Of a DNA stretch of 64,000 bases, positions 35,967 through 48,772 are shown in pieces. The translations under genes and the position numbers were made by a program. The stretch spans positions 135,971 through 199,970 of the forward strand of contig JAQGDQ010000050.1 of the NCBI GenBank assembly GCA_030141605.1, given 5' to 3'. Under the pieces are notes generated by a model. That model did no database searches. It saw only the letters and a program-made list of their open reading frames with translations, and was not told where the DNA came from. This stretch comes from Tubiluchus corallicola. Lineage: Eukaryota; Animalia; Priapulida. Each line of letters starts with the position of its first letter. The first letter of the stretch is position 1.

Positions 35967-38900
35967 AAACATATAGTAGTGTGTGTGATATTATACATAT
36001 ATAATACACCAGGCAATGTGTAAAATTTAGACATATTATAAAAAACCCTAGGCATTTTATATAATACCTGTAAATCTGGAAAAAGTGTGAAATAAATGTT
36101 TTCTGCTGTGACCTTTTCACACTTTACCTAGACGTTTATATGATAGCTATGATCTATACAGAATGCGAAAAGTGGCTTTGGCAAAGCATAAAATGAAAAT
36201 AATTCATTTCAAATCCAACTTCTAGATTTTTTGTACGATACTTGAGCATAGTATAGAAAGTATAAAAACGGCTGTCTCTGTTTTAAACTAAGCAAGGAGT
36301 TCAAGTAAACAGGCGAGTTAACTGTTTTATTGGTACCCCGAAAAACGCATACAGAAAATAAAAACGTAACTGAGTGGCAACAAGAATGGAAGTAGAATGT
36401 TTACTGTTGCCATGGATTCGCGTTTTCGTGAAAATCCAGAATGTGCATCGTTGGGACAGTCCTTTCGTGCATTAAAATGAAAGAAATCCCAACAAGGTAA
36501 CAATGTAAAGCGCAAACCCATCTAATGGTGTGGTTCATTTAAAGGCCATATTTGAGGGTCGTATTGGGAAGGTGCAAAATCAGGCTCCTTTACTGCGCAA
36601 TAATCCATAGTATCTTCATGGAATATTTCAGCTGCCTACAATGAAAACTGTGGCCTGTGATAGCTTTCAAATAAAACTTGACAACAACAACACAAACAAC
36701 ATGACCAAGCTTTAAGGATAACGCACTTCGTACCGAATTCAAAACACAACACTTCTACAGTAGGCAGCAGCTGTGAATGAAACAATAATGTAATTTGAAA
36801 CTTTACTTGATGCTAGTTACCCAATTTAATATAAAAATTCGCAAGCATATAAAACATTGACTTATTTTGCACATTATCTGAAACGAAAGTGGTATTATGT
36901 AAAATGCCTAGCAAAATTCCATCTACACAATGACCATTTGTTTTTCTTTGGCATTGCCTAAAATTTACTCAACATTCTAATGATTCTATGAAATGCCCAG
37001 GAAAAGTGAGGAAAAGTGTAGGCCTAGAAGATATTTGTATTTTAGACAATAACTGGCTTGTTTTGGCACTCCATAAAATGTATAGACATTCTGTAGAATT
37101 TCACACTTTGCCTGACACAGATATGCACATATTGAAAGAGACGTAGCGAAAGAGGATTATAATTGTGCGGAAAGTGTGGGAAATCATACCCTTAAAGCAA
37201 AAGCCAAGTCTCTCGGGATGTTGAGCTTGTTCTAATATTTGAGAAAAATGTTAGAAAGTTTCAGCAATGAAATTGTGATAAGCGCCTCGTGCAATTAATA
37301 ATTTCAATTTAAAATCGCGATCACTTCACGCTTGGGCGCGCTCATTTTGGTGAAAAATGGCGTCATCTGGTTACCGTGCAATATAAACAGTTATACTGCG
37401 AAGTGCTTCAGCAATCTTTTTTCGACTTATAGAGCGAACAGTATAAACTACCGTTATAAACTAAAGTAACCCACCCGGTACCTACTGTATGCTCGCAAGT
37501 TTACATGTGTATCTGAAAGACAACAAGTCTGTAAATTAATTACATTTACGCAATTAGTGTATACTACTTACACATTTTATGGTATAATCCTGTGGGCTAA
37601 AACTATGTAACCATTTAATCTTGGTCATAATTGATCAAATGACTAATTTTTAAATAAACACAGTTAAATACAACGCTAGCACAACTGAATTTTCGCGTGA
37701 ACTGTAGAAATTTCTCAAAGCGTACCTCCATCAGACCACGCTGCACAGCAGTCACCAGCTCACGTCATTTTTTTTCAAATATGCCGGCAGCGAGGTTCGT
37801 TTGGCGGGAGATAAAAAATATTTAAATGGCTTTCCACTTTTAGGCAAAGCGTTCTATGCGCATATCTTGAGTGGTGATTTCAATATTTTTAATTGTATAT
37901 TAAAATGCAATAAATGTTGTTCGAGGATTGGTTCTTCCTTTAAAAAACAAAACAGCAAGGAAATTTAAATGTGGCGTAGAAGAACGTGTTCTTACCTATC
38001 CAGTGCCACATTCCGAGCTTCTTGGCAACAGCGACATTCACTTTACTTGTCAAGGCAGCATTTAATACTTTAATTGCATGAGCAGCCAGCGTTTCGTTTT
38101 TTTCGTTAACAAGTAAAAACAGCAAAGAGAAATTAGTTTATGTCTTTTGTGGTGCCTGAAATAAAAATAATCACGAGTTAGGTATCTTGCATGGGTAATT
38201 CAAGTTTAGATTATACACATATTTTAGTAGAATAAAACTAACTCAATCTAGCTTGCTCAACTCAGCACTCAATGTATTTATATCACAAAATTACTACCAT
38301 ATAAAGGTTTTAAAATAATTGTGATTTTGTACATCTGATTTTTTGTGCCTTGTTAGCCCTGGTTGCTCCAGCACTTTCAACTTTTTACTATTTATTTGTG
38401 CATTATTACTTTGTTAAAAGTGCAAATAAAATTCAATTCAATTCAATTCAATCGCTAAGAAGAGAACACTGGCATTTACGTAGTGATTGTCACGAGATAT
38501 CAAGTTAAAAAATATATGTGTATCCTGACGTTTTTGGAACTTTATTACTTGCTTCTATTTTTGTGGCAAATAAGAGGTTGACTCAAATAGATAAAAGTTG
38601 ACGTATTCCGAAAAAGTTGATAGTAAGAAGTCAACAGTTGATAGTATTTGACAACATGATGTATGTGATGCACCTTGCAAGAACCAACTACGCGCCAACA
38701 GTCGACGCAGTTCCTTTAAAATAAAACGGAAAGTGTTGGTGCTTCTGAGTAGCAAGCCAAATGCTTTGGCTATACGCAACAAGGCCATAAACTCAAGGTC
38801 TGGGATTCTTTACAAGATTAAACTCATACATTTTGCTTGTTGCTGTACAAGCCAAATCAATACGATGGCTAAACTTCACATTGCACAACTATACCATAAA

Positions 38901-39069
38901 AGAGACAATCACAGGCTTTACTGAAAATCATTTGTCGTGTAGATAATCTATTGTGACAGCCAGACTGTATACATAAAGGGTCTTAACCAAAATAATTCAT
39001 AATTTAGAATTTGATTAATCAGATGCAAATTTACATGCTTCCACACAATAGCCTTTTTATGGGTCAAGA

Positions 39070-39900
39070 TCGGATCGCTGCGCAGTGAAAAAGGCACAGG
39101 TAAAAATGGCATGGTAAAAATAGCACAGGAAAAAAGGCACAAACGGAAAAATAGAAAGAAATGGCACACTTATAAAATATTAGTTTAGGGTTAGGGTTAC
39201 TGTGGGGGATAATTATTTTAGTTATTTTTACTTCTCTGCCGAGGAAGTCGTGTTTCAACGCTGTTTGTTTGTTTTTTGTTTATTATATACCCGTAAGCAT
39301 ATTACGCAAAACTATCTAACAGATTTCCATGAAACTTTGAGGAGAACACGGGTCAAGAAAGACGCATTTCCTGGAAGGGGTGAAAACTGACAAAGTGGGC
39401 GTTTTGTCGCCCGTTCTTTTTTCATAAAACCTGAACGACAAATTCTCACTTGAAAACTGTGTAACTTGTCTACAACTTTTGCATCTACGTGTACATGTAT
39501 ATAGCCCCATAAGGGGACTTAGTACAAAAATACGTATATTTGTCAGTGTACTACCATTGCAAATGGTTAAAGAAATGTATGCAAACACCATATGGAATGT
39601 TCGTGTATTATTGATTACCATTCTATTTAATGAACAAAATATTTTTTGAGTTTTTTGCTAGTTTATTACACAGGTATAAATTTTCCTGTGTTTGCTTGTT
39701 TGTCTTTTTTATGTTTTTTCTATCAAATGAACCAGGCGGACATGTTTCGGATTTTTCGCCCTTAGCGGAGATCCGTTTCCTCCAGGGCGTACTCTAGTTT
39801 TGTTATAGAAATTATAGGCATCAAAAGAACATATGTGTCTGATTTTTTGCTATTTTTCCATTTGTGCCAATTTTTTCTGTGCCATTTTTACCTACATTCA
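39070..39900. mobile_element. MITE-like element with inverted ~15-bp subterminal repeats, interrupted by a nested element
   Basis: Left repeats aaaaaggcacagg/aaaaatggcatgg are mirrored on the right by tgtgccaatttttt/tgtgccattttta. Confidence 0.55.
39226..39800 (+). mobile_element. Helentron/HINE (DINE-1-like) non-autonomous element
   Basis: 5' tttttacttctctgccgagg..., a (TGTT)n tract and gatttccatgaaactt; 3' subTIR ccttagcggag with terminus CTAGT in a T-run. Confidence 0.55.
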
Positions 39901-42900
39901 CTTTCTGTGATATGTATATGTATATAGTCAAAATCTCAAACCTCAAATTTATGGCTTTGTTGTTATGGCTTATACTGAAACATGCAATTGTGTAGCACTT
40001 TATAATAGTAATCTATGGTGTAGTGTTTAAGATCACAGCGTGCGTTTAGCGACTACGGGCTTTAGTGAATAGATAGGAGACCACTAAGAAAACTACTTTT
40101 GGGCAGTTTCATCTTGCCATACTGCCTCCGCCTACCTCTCCCTTTAAAGGAAGATGTATATACACATCTAAACATAACTTATATGTCTTTGGTGAGCAGT
40201 GTCTCATTTCATTTTACAGAATTAGCCGCTATAATGAAATACATTACTGTCTTGCCACAGCCACGTAAACAGTAGTTTCTACCGATTGCTGCTGCAATGA
40301 GTGCTGATTACAACACTTTCACTGTAGTTGCAGATGTATTTACCACACCATATTTGTAGCCATTGCGCTAGTTTTTCAAAGGTGGGATTATTAAAGTTGC
40401 AATTACGTGTAGTAGGTTTCATGAAATTAATTCCTGCTGGACACCAACAGAGTACACTTCTTGCGAAAAGTGCAACCGTCGCGTATAGAATAAAAAATAG
40501 CATGTCAATGCAATAAAAAAGAATCTTCTTGATTTAAAAACTTTTTGGTTTAGTCTAATTGTAGCACGGAGTGGTACATAAATGATGCCTTATTTTTACG
40601 GAGATTGTCTAATGACTTTTAATATTTAAGTTTTTTTAGGGAGACTAATTTTAGTAATTCACGAATACAATAGAAGTTACTTGAGATACACTACTTACTG
40701 TGGGCACGCCGTTTTAGTCATTTTCAAATCTTATCTTTAGCATTATAAATCCAGACTTGAAATGCGTTTAAAGTAATCTGTTCTTGCATACGTATCAGAT
40801 CTAAGTTCATAAGACGAAAAGTTTGAACTTACCGAGTTTGACATAACTTAGATTATTATCGTTTCAAATCGCGGTTCACCGAATCGTAATAAAGATCGTT
40901 TCTGTTTTCCACTGTTTTGCGTTTTAATCTGATCGTCGGTTTGTGAGTGAGTAAAATCAATGTAAAGGCAAACCATTATGATGCCGCTGTGTATAAGCCA
41001 ATGTGAAGTGACTGAAATCTTGTAAAGTCATGATTTTACTGTTGAAATTTTTTTTCTTAACTGCTATGGGTGTTTTGCTAACAACTGATCGCGCATACAT
41101 AGACGAAAAATTATAGATAAAAACTACAGTTACTGTACTGTAAGATACAATTTGTTTAAACGAAATGCTCAATAGATGGCGCAACTGACTGTATAGCCGT
41201 TATATCAGCGATTGAGAGAACCAAATGTATCAAGTAATCGTGCTTCTACTTCCTTTTTGGGATAGAATTTTCTGAATTGCCGAAAAATATAAAATTTTAT
41301 GTGGTACACTGTAAGCGGTCAATAGCATACAGTATAGTTAAGTACTACGCTGCAATTGATAGAAACAATACTACTTGAGCACACCATGCTGATCTTGAGC
41401 ACACCATGCTGAAAATACTTTTACTTGAGCACGCCATAAGCTAGTTCGGACATTAGCAAACAAATCTACCAAATGTGTGTTCGCGATACTCTCTACAAAT
41501 CACCTAGAACAACAACTGACACTTTTAAGACCGATGTGGATTTTTGAATGTCTTATTAATGTTTGGTTGATATAAAGATATTTAGGTATTTGCATGATTA
41601 ATTTTTTATGCAAAGCCTCTGTACTTTTGAGTCGTTGATGTGTATGACCTTACTCAAACTTACGCAAAACCTACAAATTTCATTGTTCTTTGTGAACCGA
41701 AGCATCGCTTTTTAAAACAATTTTATGGGATATGGTTGATTACTTAAAAAGCAACTGTATGTACGAAATACTTTTACAGGACCTACAGACAGACGATACT
41801 ATTACATTAAATACCGCGAGAAATTTGTTTGAAAGTAAATGTAAAATGGGAGAAAGCTATTTCTGCGAAAATGGTATGTTGTTAAATACATCTAAATCAA
41901 GTTTGAAGTTAATTCAATTAGAAATAATGAACACGCTGTCCGTGTAATTCTACAAAATGGTGTCAGCAAGTAAAACGAGAACAATACATCTTGGTGTGGT
42001 ATTATCGATAGTGACATTTAACTACAGATGTACAGGCGCAATGGGATTTAAAAGCGCTTTTAATGTTACTGTGAAATTAGTGTACACTCTGCAGATACTT
42101 GGGGTCCTATACCTCACTGTAAGCTCAAAATGTTTTAGAGAAATGCTTTAAAACTAATGTTAGGTGTAAACCAAAATACTGTCAACGAGAAAGTAATTGT
42201 GTTTTTGTCATTTTTATTTTTTGTAATTTATTAAAACGCTTTTATCAAAAGTTAGACCCTTGCAGTTAAACTGCTACTTCAAGACTTCAAAACTGTCAGC
42301 CAAATATTGACAGTCACGTTTATAGATTTTAAGCTTTTATTGAATTAGTAAACGACACGCGACTAAATATGTTCTGCATTACCAATGTGATGATTTTCTC
42401 CGTTTCAGAAGCGGTAAAATCATAAAAATCATTTAAACAATAAATGGTTGGACGATGGTAGACATCGATTTCGAACATCGAATTTTGATTCTGAGTCGAA
42501 GCAAGATGTAAACTGTAATATTAATATCGATTTACAAGCGTTACCATGTTTGTATGATAGTAGTGTCCTGGAGAATATGATAAAATCATGTATTCTTGGT
42601 TTCGTCCGCAGTAGAACTTGCAAAATATAGTTAATGCATAACACGAGCGGGTGCAGCCAGCCGCACTTTAAAGGTTATGGCAACCTTCTTGATATACTAA
42701 ATAGTGGATGCCATAAATGTTTTAGGCACTGACATAACTACATTTGCACACCAAATCATCATCTTATCTCCAGTATGTGGCCTTTATATGCTGGCAGTAG
42801 CTATCCTGTCCTCCAAAATTTAGGTGAAACGGCTAATATTATAATTATTATCATTATTTTGTTTTGTGCGGCGGCCATTTTGAAAATGGCGGTTATTTCT

Positions 42901-45900
42901 TACACGAAACTAACAGAAATGGATTCCATAAGTACTACCTTGGAATAGATATCATAATCGCTTCTTAATATTTATTGTCTGGTAATTGCTTTTGAATTGC
43001 ATAATTTGTGCAAAACGGGGCGGCCATTTTGTTTTTTTTGCATTTTTGAACCGTCTCCGCTAGCCAGCAACAGTTTTTTTGGAATTCAGCATAGTCACGC
43101 ACAGTTATTGTATGTAGTTATGCCAGTTATACTGATGTATAAGTAATTTTACTATTAATAAACTGTAACTCTCTTTTTTGTTTTATTATGATTTCAAGTG
43201 TATTGACTGCAATGGTATGAAAAAGACGTAATAAATAAAGACGTAACTGCTTCTGAGTGCTCCTAAGCTCTTGCTTGTTTACATGATGAGCATCGGTCAG
43301 TTCTCGTCCAAGCTCAAGCTCGATGAGCTCGGTTCGAGCAAGCTCCTGTTTACTGGGTGCTGAGCTTCGGTCCGGTGAACTCCGATGAAATCCGTCTCGG
43401 CTACAAACTCTACTGATAGCCTTTCGGGCACACGATCTATGATATAATTGATAAAATCCAAGATAAGCGACTCGTTGAATGTGTTTAGATGCATCACAAT
43501 AGATAATAGGATGTACTATAATATCACCACTAATTAACATCCCAATCCTATTCCGTGAATGCACGTCTATGGCTTTTTTAAAATGTCTAGTGATTTTATG
43601 TTACAACAGCAATACGACGTATAGCTTGGACTGCGAGTAAATGAATGACTGTTTATATATGCTAAGTTATTAGAAGTAATATTTACCCCACCCCGGGTTT
43701 TAGATTTTGCACGCATACGTATATTTAAATAGTTAATATAAAGGACAAATTTGTATTTTGGCTTTCACCATTTTAAATTATTACGATTTATAGTGCTGAA
43801 GACGCTGTGTGTGTGTGTGTGCGTGTGCGTGCGTGCGTGTGTATGTGTAGTGCCACTTGGCAGATAAAAATTATATTTAAAGGACTAGTAGCGTGGATTA
43901 GTATCGTTTCCAGTCGACAGATATCGCTACGATGTTGTAAAAACTAAGGCGTGGCTATTATAATAGGGGTCTCGTTCTAGTAGCTGAAATGACCATGGCA
44001 GCATTCAATCAAGTCAACGTCGGGCTACAATTTTCGCCAACTCGCTTGCAAGCAAGCGACGTAAACAGTTTAGCTTCTTGTTTCTAGCAGCGTGATCTAT
44101 ACATAATTATATACAGACCACAGACGTTGACACCAACGCAAGCTTTTGTTGGTACTTGTGTTAGTTATTTTAAAGTTTGATGAGTTAAACTATTGCATGA
44201 CAATTTACATTATTAATCTGCTGCACGCGAGTTTCGGGAAAGTTGGCATTTACATGTACTATAATTATATTTCTTAGAATTTGCAGAACAGCAAAAGTAA
44301 GAATTTGCCGAAATGTCTTACAAACTGACTTACCTTGAATGACGTATTTCCTTGGTTGTCCGTAATAATTGTGTCTTAAAACTTATCCCTAAAATTTAAT
44401 TGTGGAAATGTCGAATAAATTATTGCATTACCATTATTATTGCGATATCATGTATATATTGACATTGCCTACATTTTTGAAGTTCGAAAGTTTGAGGAAA
44501 GTAATACCACAAGGATGAAGCAAACAATTTTTATTTAATGGATCTATACAAAATACACAGATCACAGACAGTCGGCACTAAGCCGCGCCTCCCTGTATTT
44601 TGCCTCACAAACTCGCTGGCTGACAGCTACAGTACAAAATAACTACATGTATATTACGGGAACATCTCAAAAAATGAGTGGACGCTTTGTAACGATTTGT
44701 TCCATATTCCAGAAAATACGTCATTGTTATACTTACTTAATTGTAAGAAGTAAGGGAATTTAATGATTTCGATCAAGGATATGGGCATAATATCAAGGTT
44801 TCATGTGAAAGATTAAACATTGTTATCTGATGATCAGAATACTAGACTTTAACAAAAAAATCTACTGCCGCATGAACTTATTGTAAAAGTAAATTTATAG
44901 ATATTTTTAATTGTATTTGCTATAAAGTTGTATTCCAGTGTCTTGGGATGAAAGTTCAGTATGAAAATTAAAACTTTGTTATACAATAAACCTTCAACGA
45001 AAATTTTGCTTTGTAAAGCAAATCTGAATCTTAGCTACTGAGAAAAATATTCCAGTTATATCTATTTACATGTAGAAAAATATATGTAAATTATCGTAAA
45101 AAATGTATAACTATTTTGCAAACAACTATCCATGACCACTGACCAATTTAAAAGAATTACGAATATGTAGGCGCTAACAGCTGCCTAAGCTGTCCAGGCT
45201 AACTTTGTGAATATAATAATTAAGAGGGTATACTAACTAACTTTTCTAATTTTCTTGCGTAGCTGGTGACGTTCGACGACCACATTTTCTTGCCGTAATT
45301 GCTGTCTACTAGAATATATCTTCATCATGCCCCCTGCGTATCGTAAGAGACGACAAAAGCTGGCATCAGCAGATCAGTCTTTGAAGGGAGATCTCTAAGG
45401 CAAACAATGGATTTTTAAAGGAAGATATTCTTCGCCACATTACGTACATTTTCGTTCAAACTAACATTCATGTAAACTAACATTGACTAGAGTGCAGGCC
45501 GTGGGTGGGCTAATTTGTGGTATCTGATAACTTTCGGCTTAGGTGTTTCACTAAGAATTAACCATTGGTGTGATTATGCTGTTGTTATGATAGCAAAATG
45601 TTAGTAACGTCAAATGTTATTGCAGTGAATTTCCACTAATCTCCATGAATCTCCATGTAATTACGGCTTCTGTAATACCGAATGGTAAAGCTTTTTCTAT
45701 AAAAAAAGAAGTAGTTTGTTCCTCACAGTAAGCTGCTTATGTTCAAAACTTGTTGATTTTAATGTTTTCAGTACTGACTTTTTATAAATTAAAATAATGT
45801 CGTACTACAAACATGAATCGTGCGGTTTTTCAAAAATTTTATATTTGCGGATTGTGAAAGTAATAGTGAACATTTTAATCACTAGTACAGGTTGTGACAA

Positions 45901-46738
45901 TCTTGCTACGGGTATAAAAACCTCGAGTTATAGTGTGTATTACATCAAAGTATTGCTGAAACAATAGAGAATCTATCATGCCCTCAAAATTTATTTGTGG
46001 AAGCCTGTATGTCTGGCATAACCTGCAATCTCGAGGAGCACAATCCGAGCAGCAATTCGAAGAGATCGGCATCGAATATCCTCCATTGCATTTTGAAGAT
46101 GTCTCACAAGGCACAGTACCGTCTTTTGAATACTGATCAAAGACAGGTTCCTGTATCATCATAGTCTGAATTTTGTCTTTCAGGATATAGTAATTCCAAT
46201 GTGTTAGAGGCGAGGTTGAAAGTCGGGTGATTTCCCTAGTCATTCAGTTCATTAAAAAATCAATCCCAGTGTCCTTTCTCCGATTTTGCATCTTTTTTGT
46301 GTAAAACATTTTACAATACAATAGAATTTACTGATAGATGATTAACCAGCCAACCTACTTTGTAAAAAAAATGTATTTTTATTATTACTGATGTTACTAA
46401 AAATTGTCTTTATACTGTTCATGTAGGTTTAATCATTATATCCGGATTGTATTTGAGCCAATCGTTTTGTTAAATGAAGTATGATATTAGATGCGATGCC
46501 CATTATTCTTTTATTAGCACCTTGCACTTAGCACTGTGGAGATATCTGTACCAGACGCAGTCTGTTTTGTAAATTCACTTTACATGAATAAAGTTCAAAC
46601 TAAGTTTAACCTTACATTATACTCAATAAAGTTTAACTTTACATGAATAAAAACACAGAGTACTATCCCTGAGCAACTCATTTGTGGGAAAACGTGGAGC
46701 ACGGCCATGAAAACATATTCGATTCTCAAAATTTTTTG

Positions 46739-46794
46739 TTTTTCACCAGGAGGTTTCGTCCTGCACGGACTTCATCAGCTGAAATGGTGAAAAA
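46739..46794 (-). ncRNA. Minimal type I hammerhead ribozyme motif (Penelope/retrozyme-like)
   Basis: Minus strand reads UUUUUCAC-CAUUU-CAG-CUGAUGA-A-GUCC-GUGCA-GGAC-GAAA-CC-UC-CUG-GUGAAAAA; the core boxes and stems I and II pair. Confidence 0.6.
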
Positions 46795-48699
46795 TAAAGA
46801 TAAAGTAATGGCCACTTTACGATTATGATAACGGCAAGTCTCAGAAGAGAACTATCTTATTCTCAAGCTATTCGATTCTGAAGTGTGTTTTCTCTACGTG
46901 TACTCCATGCTTTCGCGCAAATGAGAAGAACAATCTGACGAAGGACGCTGAGATTGAACTGAATTTATTATTGAGATGTATGACTAGGAAAATCATCGGC
47001 TTTCAAACCGCCCCTACACATTGGAACTATCCTGAAAGACAGAATAGAGGCTGTAAAAATAATAAGAAAATAGTATAGAAAATAGAAAATAATTTCATGC
47101 GATTCAAGTGCCCAGTAAGCTTGGAGCTACCGAGTGCTTTTAACTTAATTAGTCTGACAAGAAGGCTATAACAGTATTAATAATAATTAGTATCTTATTT
47201 GTATTGCATTTTGCTCTATTTGAAACCAGCTAAATCAATCAGTAAATGTAGCCGGATCGTACAGCAAGTTGTTTTGAAAAACAATTTCTTCATAAAAACG
47301 GTAGTGTGAGGTGACTCGTGAAAGATGCTGTGCTTTATTTTACACTGATCATGTACAAGTTGATTGACGATTTGCAGATGATTCTTGGATATGTCAAAGC
47401 CAGTGGTAAAAGGAGATGTTTCAAAGTTGCTATCCCCAACAGTGTGTATGGCATATGGGCTCACACATGAAATTGATCAGGTAACTTGGTTTGCTAATGC
47501 ATAAATAATTTTCTAGAAAATATAGGCCTAGACAATTGTGCGTCCCGTCAATTTGAGGACTTTTGGGTTGTAAAGACGTTGTGATAGCACAGAAAATTAT
47601 ATGAGAGTAGGGATAACAGTATACTTGATGGGTTGGCATTTTTTGCTTTACGGATATTGTTAAACACAATGTAATAGAACTAGGTCAAGCATCTACAGAC
47701 TTAAATTAAATTACAACATTTTTTTCAGAAGGAGTTTTACTAGTCATGGATGTGTAAATGGTTATAGTCGACTTCTGCCTATCTTCAATGTGTAACAAAT
47801 AACTATTCGTCAACTTTTCTGAATCTTTTTTGTTCAAGCTACTTCACTGTTTGGCTTACCTTTTCGACTCTGAAGAGAAGAGAAGACTCTGAAGGGATGC
47901 CATCTGCAAATGACACGCTGACCCAAACATTAACCTGAATCCAGGCGATCCCTTACACCTATGTGCTTTGCAATACTCCGTCGTTTTTCCAGAAATAAAT
48001 AAGCGCCTGCACTTATTTCGCTTAGGATGGAACAAGCACAAAATACAAATTGAAAACAACTGAAGTTTAACGGATGGCATGCTAGACAACATTAACTGCA
48101 GTGAAGGATGTTTTTAGGAATGGACCTACTCTCTGTACATCTCTTGAAGAATGTCTTCTAAAATATGGCATTCATTTAAACGAACTGAACCAAATAGCGA
48201 CGACATAGAGGTCCAAAGTGGCTTTGAGACATTTTCAAATAAAAACTGACAATAAAATAATAATGTTGCACATTTTATTAATAATATGCCTACAGTATTT
48301 TTAACAAAGGTTATTTTAAAAGTTGAAACATTACCGACTGTCCATCAACTTTGTCGTTAGACAGAGGTAGTGGACTGTTAAACCAAAATTGAATAAAGGT
48401 TGTTAATGTGTTAACGCTCTTTATTTTAACAACTGTTCATGTTGATTATACGCAATTATAATTAAACCTAATAGGGTTTTTGCATTCCGACATAACACTA
48501 TAGAGCTCCACAAAGTTCACATAAGTTTGACGGTACGAAAAATAAAATAAAATCCTGCTCGAAAACGAAAATTTTCTAAAACACGCCTACAGCAATTATC
48601 GACACGCTGGACAGTGATTTTTGCCTACTGAACACACACTATTTAAGCTTTGTAACACCTTTCTACTATTCAGATGGAATCAACTTTTTCATTGTACTT

Positions 48700-48772
48700 A
48701 ATCAAAATGCTGCCCTCTGAAAAGTGCCGCCCGGGGCGGACCGCGCCCCTCTCCCTTTAGCTTACGCCACTG
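48700..48772. mobile_element. Terminal fragment of a hAT-like DNA transposon
   Basis: GC-rich gtgccgcccggggcggaccgc followed by TACGCCACTG, the same terminus as the hAT at 21309-21318. Confidence 0.65.

Noticed and set aside
37726-37790. ATGGAG|gtacg as the B55 start exon
   Set aside because: Phase 0, incompatible with phase-1 exon 2
39184-39199. TTAGGG telomere-like repeat
   Set aside because: Only two units, embedded in a MITE
41384-41440. CRISPR-like short direct repeats (cttgagcacaccat)
   Set aside because: Three short copies without unique regular spacers, no cas genes, eukaryotic context
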